From Pristiophorus japonicus (Eukaryota): a stretch of 64,000 nucleotides of DNA. Made by a program: the position numbers and the translations under genes. The stretch covers positions 209,808,001 to 209,872,000 of the forward strand of contig NC_091978.1 in the NCBI RefSeq assembly GCF_044704955.1. Direction: 5' to 3'. The notes beneath the pieces are model-generated. The model was not told where the DNA came from and did no database searches. It saw nothing but the letters and a program-made list of their open reading frames with translations. Numbering within the stretch: position 1 is the first letter of the stretch; each line of letters opens with the position of its first letter. Positions 23,225-36,654 of this stretch are shown one piece after another.

Positions 23225-24412
23225 AGGGGCCTATAATTTCTCAGCCAGTATTGATGACTGCTCACATGCTGCAGACTAGAGATGGGAGAAGATTCATTGA
23301 AGAGCATTATGTGCCAATCAAAGAGGTGGCAGACTGTTGAGGGGGAGGAGACCTTACACCCAACACATTTACAGGGATAAGCAGTCATACCTGGACTTGG
23401 CCGATAACACGTATCTTAGGGAGGCTGCGCTTCCGAAAGGAGATCATCAGTGAAATATGCCAGCTGATTTAAGGGAGATCTGCAGCCTAACAGCACCATC
23501 AGCACTGCCCGTTGAGGTCAAGATCACTGCGGCACTTTCCTTCTATGCATTGGTCTTCTTTCAGGCCTAGCTGGCGACATTTGCTGGCGACATCTCTCAG
23601 CACGCTACACATTGCTGCATTCGACATGTGATTGAAGCCCTTTACGCATGCAGGATGGACTTTATAAGATTCCCTATGGCCAGGGAGGCTGAGACAGAGA
23701 GGGCTTCGGGTTTCTCGAGAATAGCAAACTTCCTCAAGGTGCAGGGAGCAATAGACTATATGCACATCGCCATGCGAGCACCTTTTCAGGGTACAGAGGT
23801 GTTTCGGAACCGAAAGGGATTCCAATCACAGAATGTGTAACTCATTGTTGACCACAAGCAAATAATCATGGCAGTAAATGCAAATTTTCCGGGGAGTATC
23901 CATGATGCGCACATCTTGTGTGAGAGCACTGTCTCTGACCTGTTTAAGAGTCAGCCACAAGGTCACGGTTGCCAGCTGGCTGATGACCCCCCTGCGTAAG
24001 ACCCAGACGGAAGCCGAGAAACGCTACAATGAAAGCCGCATCGCCACACACAATATCATCGAAAAGACAATTGGAGTGCTTAAGCAGCGCTTCAGATGCC
24101 TGGACCACTCAGGAGGTGAATTACAATGCCACCCCTGAGCAGGTCGCTCAGTTCATTATGGTGTGTTGCATGTTGCATAACTTAGCTATCAGGAGGGGAC
24201 AACAATTGCCAGATGGGACTGGTGGTCCACCTCAGGAGAGAGGAGAGGCAGAAGAGGAGGATGAGGAGGTGGACGAGGACCTTGTGGAGGACCATCAGGC
24301 TGGCCTTGAAACCATACGCTCACCCCACCCTAGACTGCAGGAAATGCCTCCTGGTAGTTATGCAGCTGCAAGACTGTTGCGTCAGCAGCTCATAAATGAA
24401 TGCTTTGCTTGA
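23225..24412 (+). pseudogene. PIF/Harbinger (HARBI1-like) DDE transposase, frameshifted
   Basis: VQGAIDYMHI, FRNRKGF.SQNV, FPGSIHDAHI, EKRYNESRIATHNIIEKTIGVLKQRFRCLD, CCMLHNLA, acidic tail. Confidence 0.9.
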
Positions 24413-25531
24413 ACTAACATTGGTGGTAGTTACGCAGCGGCAAGACTGTTGTGTCCGCAGCTCATAAATGAACGCTTTGCATTACGTTGGTGACAGTTAC
24501 CTTACGTGTCATCTTTGCCTTTCCTGGCCTGGACTCGCCAGTGTTTTCAAACTTTGTGTATGCTTAACTTTTCTGCTATTTGAAGACACTGTACAACAAT
24601 GTTAAGTTAAATAATTTTTTTTACTGTTTATAAAAGTTTTCAAGAATGTATTTTTAAAACAAACACCATTAACAGTTAACACTCATGTACCCCCCACTCC
24701 GACCCCAACAGTGGAAAATGTTTTAAATTACAAATAAGATTTACAATAAAAACAACAACAAACTTTAAAAAACAATTATAAATATAACAAACACCCAATC
24801 ACCCACCCACCCCCCAACAGTCAACAAATTTTTTAACAACAATAATAAGAATCCCCACCCTCCCTACCTACGACCACGCTTCTTTCCTTTACCCTCCCCC
24901 CCGCCCCGCCAGCCTCATCTGAACCCCACCTCTTCCCCTGCCCCTACCAATTCCAAGCCGCCTTGTAGCAGGGTACCTCGAGCGCTGCTGCGGTGTGGGG
25001 GATGACGGCAGATTAATAGATTGGGCTGGAGATGAGGAGAACATTTCTTCCTGCGGTCCTTTGAGTCAGAAGCAAGAGCTTCCTCCTGACTCACATGTGT
25101 CGGTGGCAATGGCGGGATGGCATCTTGGGGTGCAGTGCCGTATTCTGGGACCACTGGCTGCCCTCTGGCATCCATGGACTCGGCTATCCTCTCCATCACC
25201 GCTACCATCCGCGACATCTCCTGCGAGACTAGCGCGGTCAGTGCGACAACGTGGCCAGTTAACCCATCCATTGCCTGGAGGAGCTCTCAACCTATATCAA
25301 CGCTTGTCCTAGACAGAGTCACCATGTCCACACTTAAATAAGCCGGTCTTGGAGCAGTGCGACTTCGCCGTACCAATGTCCGTGGGGTCAGCGCAGGCAT
25401 GGAACCACTTGGGGTGCCTTGCTGTAAGGAGCTGAGAGGGCTGCAGGCTCCTCCTCCACCTCCTCACTATCCTTGGTAGATAGGATGACCTGCAGAAGGA
25501 CAGGAAAGGCTCTTGCCTCCTCACCTCTGGA

Positions 25532-28500
25532 GATAACAAATTAAGTTAATCGAAGGGTTAAGTCATGGCAGGAGAGCCAAGATCCATATCATGCTCCTCC
25601 TGTGTCCCTGACTACTATGTGTGCGGGAAGTGTATCCAGCTGCAGCTCCTGACAGACCACATTGCGGCACTGGAGCTGCGGATGGATTCACTCTGGAGTA
25701 TTCGCGATGCTGAGGATGTCGTGAATAGCACATTTAGTGAGTTGGTCACACTGCAGGTAAAGCTTGCACAGCCAGATAGGGAATGGATGACCATCAAGAA
25801 AAGCAAGGGAAGGCAGTTAGTGCAGGGGTCCCCTGCGATCACCTCCCTCCAAAACAGATACACCATTGTGGGTACTGTTGAGGGAGGTGGCTCATCAGGG
25901 GAAGGCAGCAGCAGCCAAGTCCATGGCACCAGGGGTGGCTCTGCTGCACAAGAGGGCAGCCAAAAGAGTGGGAGAGCTATAGTGATAGGCGATTCTATTG
26001 TAAGGGGAATAGATAGGTGTTTCTGCGGCTGCAAACGAGATTCCAGGATGGTATGTTGCCTTCCTGGTGCAAGGGCCAAGGATGTGTCGGAGCGGCTGCA
26101 GCGCATTCTGGAGGGGGAGGGTGAACAGCCAGCTGTTGTGGTGCATATAGATACCAACGATATGGGTAAAAAAACAGGATGAGGTCCTACAAACTGAATT
26201 TTGGGAGCTAGGAGTTAAATTAAAAAGTAGGATCTCAAAGGTGGTAATCTCAGGATTGCTACCAGTGCCACGTGCTAGTGAGAGTAGGAATTTCAGGGTC
26301 GCTCAGATGAATACGTGGCTTCAGGAATGGTGCAAGGGGGACGGATTCAAATTCCTGGGACATTGGAACCAGTTCTGGGAGAGATGAGACGGTCTGCACC
26401 TGGGCAGGACTGGAACCGACAGTCTAGGCGGCGTGTTTGCTAGTGCTGTTGGGGAGGGTTTAAACTAATATGGCAGGGGGATGGGAATCTATGCAGGGAA
26501 ACAGAGGGAAGTAAAATGGGGGCAGAAGCAAAAGGTAGAAAGGAGATAAGGAAATGTGGAAGGCAGAGAAATCAAGGACAAAAATCAAAAAGGGCCACAT
26601 TACAACATAATTCTAAAAAGATAAAGAGTGTTAAAAAAACAAGCCTGAAGGCTCTGCGTCTCAATGCGAGGAGGATTCATAATAAGGTGGATGAATTAAC
26701 GGCACAGATAGCTGTTAACGGATATGATGTAATTGGGATTACGGAGACATGGCTCCAGGATAACCAAGGTTGGGAACTCAACATACAGGGGTATTCAATA
26801 TTCAGGAAGAGTAGACAGGAAGGAACAGGAGGTGGGGTAGCGTTACTGGTTAAAGAGGAGATTAACGCAATAGTAAGGAAGGACATCAGCGTGGATGATG
26901 TGGAATATATATGGGTAGAGCTGCGATACACCAAAGGGCAGAAAACGTTAGGGGGAGTTGTGTACAGACCACCAAACAGTAGTATGGAGGTTGGGGACGG
27001 CATCAAACAGGAAATTATGGACACGTGCTATAAGGGTACTGCAGTTATCATGGGTGACTTTAATCTACATATTGATTGGGCTTTCCAAACTGGTAGCAAT
27101 ACTGTGGAGGAGGAGTTCCTGGAGTATATAAGGGATGGTTTTCGAGACCAATATGTCGAGGAACCAATTAGAGAGCAGGCCATCCTCGACTGGGTCTTGT
27201 GTAACGAGAGAGGATTAATTAGCAATCTGGTCATGCGAGGCCACTTGGGGAAGAGTTACCATAATATGGTAGAATTTTTTATTAAGAAGGAGAGTGACAT
27301 ATTTAATTCAGAGACTAGGGTCCTGAACTTAAGGAAAAGTAACTTTGACGGTATGAGACGTGAATTGGCTAGGATAGACTCGCGAATGATACTTAAAGGG
27401 TTGATGGTGGATAGGCAATGGCAGACATTTAAAGATCACATGGATGAACTACAGCAATTGTACATCCCTGTGTGGCATAAAAATAAAAAAAGGGAAGGTG
27501 GCTCAACCGTGGCTAACAAGGGAAAATAGGGAAAGTGATAAATCCAAGGAAGAGGCATATAAATTGGCCAAAAGAAGCAGCAAACCTGAGGACTGGGAGA
27601 AATTTAGAATTCAGCAAAGGAGGACAAAGGGTTTAATTAGAAGGGGAAAATAGAGTATGAGAGTAAGCTTGCAGGGAACATAAAAACTGACGACAAAAGC
27701 TTGTATAGATATGTGAAGAGAAAAAGATTAGTGAAGACAAATGTAGGTCCCTTGCAGTCAGAATCAGGTGAATTCATAATGGGGAACAAGGAAATGGCAG
27801 ACCAATTGAACAAATACTTTGGTTCTGTCTTCACTAAGGAAGGAAGACACGAATAACCTCCCGAAAATACTAGGGGACTGAGGGTCTAGCGAGAAGGGGG
27901 AACTGATGGAAATCCTTATTAGTCAGGAAATGGTGTTAGGGAAATTGAAGGGGTTGAAGGCCAATAAATCCCCAGGGCCTGACAGTCTGCATCGCAGAGT
28001 ACTTAAGGAAGTGGCCATAGAAATAGTAGATGCATTGGTGGTCATTTTCCATGGACTCTGGATCAGTTCCTATGGATTGGAGGGTAGCTAATGTAATCCT
28101 ACTTCTTAAAAAAGGAGGGAGAGAGAAAACAGGGAATTATAGACCGGTTAGCCTGACATCGGTGGTGAGGGAAATGCTGGAGTCAATTATTAAAGGTGTA
28201 ATAGCAGCGCATTTGGAAATCAGTGACAGGATCGGCCCAAGTCAGCATGGATTTATGAAAGGGAAATCATGCTTGACAAATCTTCTAGAGTTTTTTGAGG
28301 ATGCATCTAGTAGAGTGGATAAGGAAGAACCAGTAAATCTGGTGTATTTGGACTTTCAAAAGGCTTTTGACAAGGTCCCACACAAAAGATTATCGTGCAA
28401 AATTAAAGGCACATGATATTGGGGGTAATGTATTGACGTGGATAGTGTTATATATGTAAAGTTGTATTTACTCTGTGCAGCCACCAGAGGGCTCATCCAC

Positions 28501-29747
28501 TGGAGTCCCAAGGGATCTCATAATCCCTTGGGAGCACAGGTATTTAAGGAGACCTCACAGGTTGGAGAGGCACTCTGGAGACCTGCAATAAAAGACTACG
28601 GTCACACTTTACTTTGAGCTCACAGTGTTCAGTCTGACTCTTTCTCCATACATAACAGATAGAGAAATGGTTGGCAGACAGGAGGCAAAGAGTGTGAATA
28701 AACAGGTCCTTTTCAGAATGGCAGGCAGTGACTAGTGGTTCAGTGCTGAGACCCCAGCTATTTACAATATACATTAATGATTTAGACGAAGGAATTGAAT
28801 GTAATATCTCCAAGTTTGCAGGTGACTGGGTGGCAGTGCGAGCTGCGCGGAGGATGCTAAAAGGCTGCAGGTGGATTTGGACAGATTAGGTGAGTGGGCA
28901 AATGCATGGCAGATGCAGTATAATGTGGATAAATGTGAGGTTATCCACTTTGGTGGCAAAAACAAGAAGGCAGATTATTATCTGAATGGTGACAGATTAG
29001 GAAAAAGGGAGGTACAACGAGACCTGGATATCATGGTACATCAGTCATTGAAGGTAGGCAAGCAGGTTCGGAAGGCAGTAAAGAAAGCAAATGGCATGCT
29101 GGCCTTCATAGCTAGGGAATTTGAGTATAGGAGCAGGGAGGTCTTGCTGCAGTTGTACAGGGCCTTGGTGAGACCACACCTTGAGTATTGTGTGCGGTTT
29201 TGGTATCCTAATCTGAGGAAGGACATGCTTGCTATTGAGGGAGTGCAGCGAAGGTTCACCAGACTGATTCCTGGGATGGCAGGACTGACATACGAGGAAA
29301 GATTGGATCTGTTAGGCTTATACTCACTGGAATTTAGAAGAATGAGAGGGGCTCTCATAGAAACGTATAAAATTCTGATGGGACTGGACAGGTTTGACGC
29401 AGGAAGAATGTTCCCGATGTTGGGGAAGTCCAGAACCAGAGGACACAGTCTAAGGATAAGGGGTAAGCCATATAGGACTGAGATGAGGAGAAACTTTTTC
29501 ACCCAGAGAGTTGTGAACCTGTGGAATTCTCTGCCACAGAAAGTTGTTGAGTCCAGTTCGTTGGACATATTCAAAAGGGAGTTAGATGTGGCCCTTATGG
29601 TTAAAGAGATCAGGGGGTGTGGAGAGAAGGCGGGAGTGGAGTACTGAGGTTGAATGTTCAGCCATGATCATATTGAATGGCGGTGCAGGCTCGAAGGGCC
29701 GAATGGCCTGCTCCTGTACCTATTTTTTATGTTTCTATGCTTCTATG
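25532..29747 (+). mobile_element. Near full-length CR1 LINE inserted in the Harbinger element
   Basis: ORF1 with CxxC..CxxC zinc finger, leucine zipper and IGDSIVRG esterase (from 25565); ORF2 endonuclease and RT at 26516-29647; TTCTATG tail. Confidence 0.95.
28446..28657 (+). mobile_element. Gypsy solo LTR inside the CR1 RT
   Basis: TG...CA ends, AATAAA, shares ACCAGAGGGC and GGAGTCCCAAGGGAT..ATCCCTTGGGAGCAC with the LTR at 18444; perfect 5-bp TSD GATAG. Confidence 0.92.
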
Positions 29748-31296
29748 AACCTGGGAATCCTGCGAAGGCTGACGAGCCTGGGGAACCTAGAAAGCCTGTG
29801 AGGCCTGGTGACCTAGGAAACATAAATGAGGTTAGTAGATGAGAAGGGGACATCAGGGTGATCTGAGAATGCTTATGCTACACAGGCATATATACGAGGA
29901 GCAACACTACTGCTATAAATATACTGACATCACATATAATTAACATCATGATAATACAGAACCTGCTTTGAATCACAATGATATTTCATGATCTCATCAT
30001 TAATTACATAACATTACATTATATCAATAGTATTTTATACTGAAATGGCATTAAATTACTTTAAATCACCAATGGTTTGTACATTACTCATATAGCGCAA
30101 GAACGGGTTCAGCGTCACCACGAGTGGCCGACCGGTTGCGGACCCCCACTACGGCCAATGCCCGGTCCTCAAGGTCCGACAGCGGGGTCAGATCTCCTGG
30201 TCCTCCACCAGTACATCGATGCTCCGATCGATTCTTCAAAAGCTTCTTCTGCAAAGGTGACAAGAGCATGGCATGGCATAAGATCGTTGCCTAGGTACTA
30301 TTACAGATATGGCAGATATCAGATTACTGACAGATATCAGATTATTATTATTACTATTACATAACACAACACAACACACACAGCACAACACACAGAACAC
30401 ACAGACAATCCCCAATTAGTCATCCCATGCTATTCATCGTTAACGTTATATGCTAATGCGCTTCGTATGCAATTGAATGCATGGTTATATCTACCATCTG
30501 AGAATAACTTTAATAAGATCGAGGTTAGGATTAAACGCATGACTCCAAGATTACCAACCTAACTACAATCCAGCATATCTACATTTAAATTAATCATTGC
30601 ATCATTACAATTTATTAAATAAATTCAATACTTACTCTGCCGGAACCAACGAGGTCATTCCAACGCTTGCAGCATTGGTTAGGCTCTTTGACTTTGTGTG
30701 TGGTTGAGGACACCACTTCTGCGATCTTGCACCAGATCCTCTGATACACCCTGGGGGGGTGGGGGGTGGTTTCCCACGACCACCCCAGGTCAATTGGGCC
30801 CATTGATTCTCTACCTCAGAGTCCAGGCAGCATTGGCCTCCTCAGTTATGCGCTTGGCATGCCTTCGTCCGCCCATCTCCTCTCCCACCTTGCCCACTTT
30901 GGCCACCTCCTCCACCTCTACATCATTCATATTTACTTATTCTACAATATCGATGCTCTCCATTTCTTCAATACTACTCGACACCAGCTTCTACAATCAC
31001 CTCCTCTCTCTTTCTCTCTCTCTCTCCTCTCTCACTCTCTTCTTCATATGTGCAGATGACCTCTGACCTCCCGAATCGCGGGAAAAGCCCATTGCTATGG
31101 AAGACAGTCTTGCATGATGGAATAAATCGCTAACACCCATTTCACATCGCTACGGCTAATGCCCCCCAAAAAAGTGGAAATTTGCGGGTTTTAAAATGGG
31201 CGATATTCCGGTGATCACGAAAAAAAATATTATCACTATCGTCGGAAATATCGCCCATTTTTGGGCAATCTGGACAGCAAAGCAAAGTGTAGCCCC

Positions 31297-34200
31297 ATAA
31301 TATGATAGAATTTTACAGTAAGTTTGAAAGTGATTTTGTTAAATCTGAAACGAGGGTCTTAAATCTACAAAAAGGAAACTACGTAGGTATGAGGGGTGAG
31401 TTGTGTCAGGTAGATTGGGAAACCACATTAATAGGTATGATGATAGTCAAGCAATTGATAGCATTTAAAGAATTAATACATAATTTACAACAAACATACA
31501 TTCCTTTCAGGCACAAAAACCCCACAGAAAAAGTGGTCCAACAAAAGAAATTAAAGAGAGTAAAAGATCAAATGAGGAGGCTTATAATGTTGCCAAAAAG
31601 AGCAATAAGCCTGAAGATTGGACAGATTTTAGAATTCAGCTAAGGAGAACCAAGAAATTGACAAAGAAAGGGAAAATAGAATATGAGTGTAAACTAGCGA
31701 GAGACATAAAAACAGACTTCTATAGCTATGTAAAAAGGAAAAGATTAGTAAAAGTAAATGTGGATCCCCTACAGGTTGAGACAGGAGAAATTATAATGGG
31801 GAACAAGGAAATGGCAGAGAAATTAAACAAATACTTTGTGTCTGTCTTCACGGAAGAAGACACAAAAAACCTCCTGGAAATAGTGGAGTACCAAGAGTCT
31901 AGTGATAATGAGAAACTGAAAGAAATTAGTAAAAAAATAGTACTGGAGAAATTAATTGGACTGAAAGCCGATAAATCCCCTGGACCTGATGGCCTACATC
32001 CTATGGTTTTGAAAGAGGTGGCTACAGAGATAGTGGATGCATTGGTTGTCATCTTCCAAAGGCTAAGTGAATAGATTCTAGAACGGTTCCTGCAAATTGA
32101 AAGGCAGCTAATGTAACCCTGTTATTTAAGAAAGGAGGAAGAGAGAAAATGGGGAAACGAAAGACCAGTTAGCCTGACATCAGTAGTAGGGAAAATGCTA
32201 GAATCTATTATTAAGGATGTGGTAACAGGGCACTTCGAAAATAATAATAGGATTGGGCAGAGTCAACACGGATTTATGAAAGGGAAATCATGTTTGACAA
32301 ATCTGTTAGAGTTTTTTCAGGTTGTAACTAACAGAATAGATAAGGAGGGACCAATGGATGTGGTATATTTGGATTTCCAGAAGGCATTCGAAAAGGTGCC
32401 TCACAAGAGGTTAGCAAACAAAATTGGAATATAATGTGGAAAAATAGTAAAGCAGAATATTTTTAAATGGTGAGAGATTGGGAAATGTTGGTGTTCAGAG
32501 GGACCTGGATGTCCTTGTACACAAATCACTGAAAGTTAACATGTAGATACAGCAAGCAATTAAGAAAGCAAAAAGTATGTTAGCCTTTATTGCAAGAGGA
32601 TTGAGTATAAAAGTAAAGATTTCTTATTGCAATGATATAGTGCCCTGGTGAGATTGCACCTGGGTTATTGTGCACAGTTTTTGTCTTCTTACCTATGAAA
32701 GGATATATTTGCCATAGAGGGAGTGCAACAAAGGTTTACCAGATTGATTCCAGTGATGGGGGGATTGTCCTATGAGGAGAGATTGAGTAGACAAGTCCCA
32801 TATTCTCTAGAGTTTAGAAGAATGAGAGGTGATCTCATTGAAACATACAAAATGATTACAGGGCTAGACAGGGTAGATGCAGAGAGGTTGTTTCCTCTGC
32901 CTGAGGAGTCCAGAACCAGGGGTCACAGTCTTGGAATAATGGATCGGCCATTTAGGACTGAGATGAGGAGAAATGTCTTCACTCAGAGAATACTGAATCT
33001 TTGGAATTCTCTATTCCAGAGGCTCAGTCTTTGAGTATATTCAAGACGGAGATCAATAGATTTTTGAATATTAAGGGAATCGAGGGATATGGGGACAGTG
33101 CAGGAAAGTAGAGTTGATGTAGAAAATCAACCATCTTATTGAATGGCTGAGCAGGCTCGAGGGACCGAATGGCCTACTCCTGCTGCTAATTTTTATGTTC
33201 TTATCTTCTTAAATAAAGCCAATTACAAAGGTATGGAAACAGAATTGGCTAAAGTGGACTGGAAAAAAGATTAAAGGGTAAGATGGTAGATAAGCAGTGA
33301 CAGACATTTAAGGAGATATTCATAACTCTCAGCAAAGATATATTCCAGTGAGAAAGACTCTAAGAGAATGATGAACCATCCGTGGCTAATCAAGGAAGTT
33401 AAGGATGGTATCAAATTGAAAACAAAGGCATACAATGTTGCGAAGATTAGTGGTAGGCCAGAGGTTTGGGAATTTTTTAGAAACCAGCAAAGGATGACTA
33501 AAACAATAATAAAGAGGTAGAAGATAGATTATGAGAATAAACTAGCAAGAAATATAAAAACAAACAGCAAGAGCTTGTACAGGTATATAAAAAGGAAGAG
33601 ATTAGCTAAAGTAAATGTTTGTCTCTTAGAGGATGAGGCTGGAGGATTAATAATGGGAAACAGGGAAAGGGCAGAGATTTTGGACAAATATTTTGCATCA
33701 GTCTTCACAGTAGAAGACACTAAAATTACCCCAATAATAATAGATAATCAAGGGGCTATAGGGAGGGAGAACTTAAAACAATCACTATCACTGCAGAAAA
33801 AGTATTAGGCAAATTAATGGGACAAGTCCCCTGGATCTGATGGCCTGCATCCTAGCATCTTATAAGAAGTGCCGGCAGAGATAATGGATGCATTGGTTGT
33901 AATCTACCAAAATTCCCTGGATTCTGGAGAGGTCCCAGCGGATTGGAAAACCGCAAATGTTTAAGGAAGTCGTAGCAGGACATTTAGAAAATCATAATAC
34001 AATCAAGCAGAGTCAGCATAGTTTTTTGAAAGGGAAATCATGTTTGACAAATTTGCTAGAGTTCTTTGAGGATGTAACAAGCAGAGTAGGTAAAAGGGAA
34101 CCAGTAGATGTAGTGTATTTGGATTTCCAGAAGGCATTCGAAAAGGTGCCTCACAAGAGGTTAGTAAACAAAATTAGGGCTCATGAGATTGGGGTAATAT

Positions 34201-36650
34201 GCAAGCATGGATTGAGGATTGGTTAATGGACAGAGAACAGGGAGCAGGACTAAACCGGTCATTTTTGGGTTGGCAGGCTGTAATTAGTGGGATGCCGCAG
34301 GGATTAGTGCTTGAGCCCTAGCTATTCACAATATATATCAATGATTTGGATGATGGGACCAAATGTAATATACCCAAGTTTGCTAGTGATTCAAAGATAG
34401 GTGGGAATGTAAGTTGTGAGGATGATGCAAAGAAGTTTCAAGGGGATATAGACAGGCTAAGTGAATGGGCAAGAACCTGGCAAATGGAATATAATGTGGA
34501 GAAATGTGAGGTTATCTACTTTAGCAGAAAAAATAGTAAAGCAGAATATTTTTTAAATGGTGAGAGATTGGGAAATGTTGGTGTTCAGAGAGACCTGGAT
34601 GTCCTTGTACACAAATCACTGAAAGTTAACATGTAGATACAGCAAGCAATTAAGAAAGCAAATGATATGTTAGCCTTTAATACAAGAGGCTTTGAGTATA
34701 AAAATAAAGATTTCTTATTGCAATGAAATAGGGCTCTGGTGAGATTGCACCTGGGTTATTGTGCACAGTTTTTGTCTTCTTACCTATGAAAGGATATATT
34801 TGCCATAGAGGGAGTGCAACAAAGGTTCACCAGATTGATTTCAGTGATGGGGGGATTGTCCTATGAGGAGAGATTGAGTAGACAAGTCCCATATTCTCTA
34901 GAGTTTAGAAGAATGAGAGGTGATCTCATTGAAACATACAAAATGATTACAGGGCTAGACAGAGTAGATGCAGGGAGATTGTTTCCTCTGCCTGAGGAGT
35001 CCAGAACCAGGGTCACAGTCTCAGAATAATGGATCGGCCATTTAGGACTGAGATGAGGAGAAATGTCTTCACTCAGAGAATACTGAATCTTTGGAATTCT
35101 CTATTCCAGAGGCTCAGTCTTTGAGTATATTCAAGATGACATCAATAGATTTTTGAATATTAAGGGAATCGAGGGATATGGGAACAGTGCAGGAAAGTAG
35201 AGTTGATGTAGAAGATCAACCATCTTATTGAATGGCTGAGCAGGCTCGAGGGACCGAATGGCCTACTCCTGCTGCTAATTTTTATGTTCTTATGTTCTTA
35301 AATAAAGCCAATTACATAGGTATGGAATCTGAGTTGACTAAAGTGGACTGGGAAAAAAGATTAAAGGGTTAGATAGTAGATAAGCAGTGGCAGATATTTA
35401 AGGAGATATTTCATAACTCTCAGCAAAGATATATTCTTGGATGTAACGAGCAGGGTGGATAAGGGGAAACCAGTGGATGTGGTGTATTTGGACTTCCAGA
35501 AGGCACTCAATAAGGTGCCACATAAAAGGTTACTGCACAAGATAAAATTTCACAGGGTTGGGGGTAATATATTAGCAGAGATAGAGGATTGGCTAACTAA
35601 CAGAAAACAGAGAGTGGGGATAAATGGGTCATTTTCAGGATGGCAAACTATAGCTAGTGGGGTGTCACATGGATCAGTGCAGGGAACTCAACTATTTACA
35701 ATCTATGATAATGACTTGGATGAAGGTACTGTAACCAAATTTGCTGATGATACAAAGTTGATGGGAAAGCAAGTTGTGAGGAGGACACAAAGAATCTGCA
35801 AAGGGATATAGATAAAGTCAGTGGGCAAAAATTTGGCAGATGGAGTATAATGTGGGAAATGTGAGGTTATCCAGTTTGGTAGAAAGAATAAAAAAGCAAA
35901 TTATTATTGAAATGGAGAGAGACTACAAAATGCTGCAGTACATAGGGATCTGGGGATCCTTGTACCTGAAACACAAAAAGTTTGCATGCAGGCACAGCAA
36001 GTAATTAAGAAGGCAAATGGAATGTTGGCCTTTATTGCAAGGGTGTGGAGTATAAAAGCAGGGAAGTCTTGCTACAACTGTACTGGGTGTTGGTGAGACC
36101 ACATCTGGAGTACTGCGTACAGTTTTGGTCTCCGTATTTAAGAAAGGATATACTTACATTGGAGGCAGTTCAGAGAAGGTTCACTAGGTTGATTCCTGAG
36201 ATGAAGAGGTTGTCTTATGAAGAAAGGTTGAGTAGGTTGGGCCTTTACTCATTGGAGTTTAGAAGAATGAGAGGTGATCTTATTGAAAAAAAAGATTCTG
36301 ACTGGGCTTGATAGGATAGACGCAGAGAGGATGTTTCCCCTCGTGGGGGAATCTAGAACTAGGGGGCACAGTTTCAGAATAAGGGGTCACCCATTTAAAG
36401 CTGAGATGAGGAGGAATTTCTTCTCTCAGAACATTGTAAATCTTTGGAATTCTCTACCCCAGAGAGCTGTGGAGGCTGGGTCATTGAATATATTTAAAGT
36501 GGATATAGACAGATTTTTCAACTATCGGGAGTCATGGGTTATGGGGAGCGGGCAGCCAAGATCAGATTAGCCATGATCTTATTGAATGGTGGAGCATGCT
36601 CAAGGGGCCAAATGGCCTACCCCTGCTCCTATTTCTTATGTTCTTATGTT
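31297..36650 (+). mobile_element. Cluster of three or more tandem CR1 ORF2/3' fragments, including a local duplication
   Basis: Repeated RT motifs; three 3' tails TTATGTTCTTAT near 33200, 35290 and 36645. Confidence 0.9.
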
Positions 36651-36654
36651 CCTT

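Larger units (their letters stand above)
24915..30970 (-). pseudogene. Harbinger Myb/SANT-like DNA-binding gene, spliced, disrupted by a CR1
   Basis: Exon IWCKIAEVVSS...QCCKRWNDL with GTAAGT donor at 30635; exon 30248 to about 30088 KKLLKNRSEHRCTGGGP..LSDLEDRAL; last exon from about 29812 split by CR1 and ending with ORF 24915-25271. Confidence 0.8.
23225..31296. mobile_element. Formerly autonomous Harbinger transposon (transposase on +, Myb/SANT gene on -); left end lost
   Basis: Convergent transposase and Myb-like genes separated by an AT-rich spacer; CpG-rich subterminal region ending AAGTGTAGCCCC at 31296. Confidence 0.8.

Noticed and set aside
23225-23240. GGGGCCTATAATTT as the left Harbinger TIR
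   Set aside because: It reads in frame as the transposase N-terminus (GPIISQPVLM) and no TSD matches the right end.
23225-24412. Domesticated host HARBI1 gene
   Set aside because: Multiple stops and frameshifts, paired with a Myb gene and a transposon terminus.
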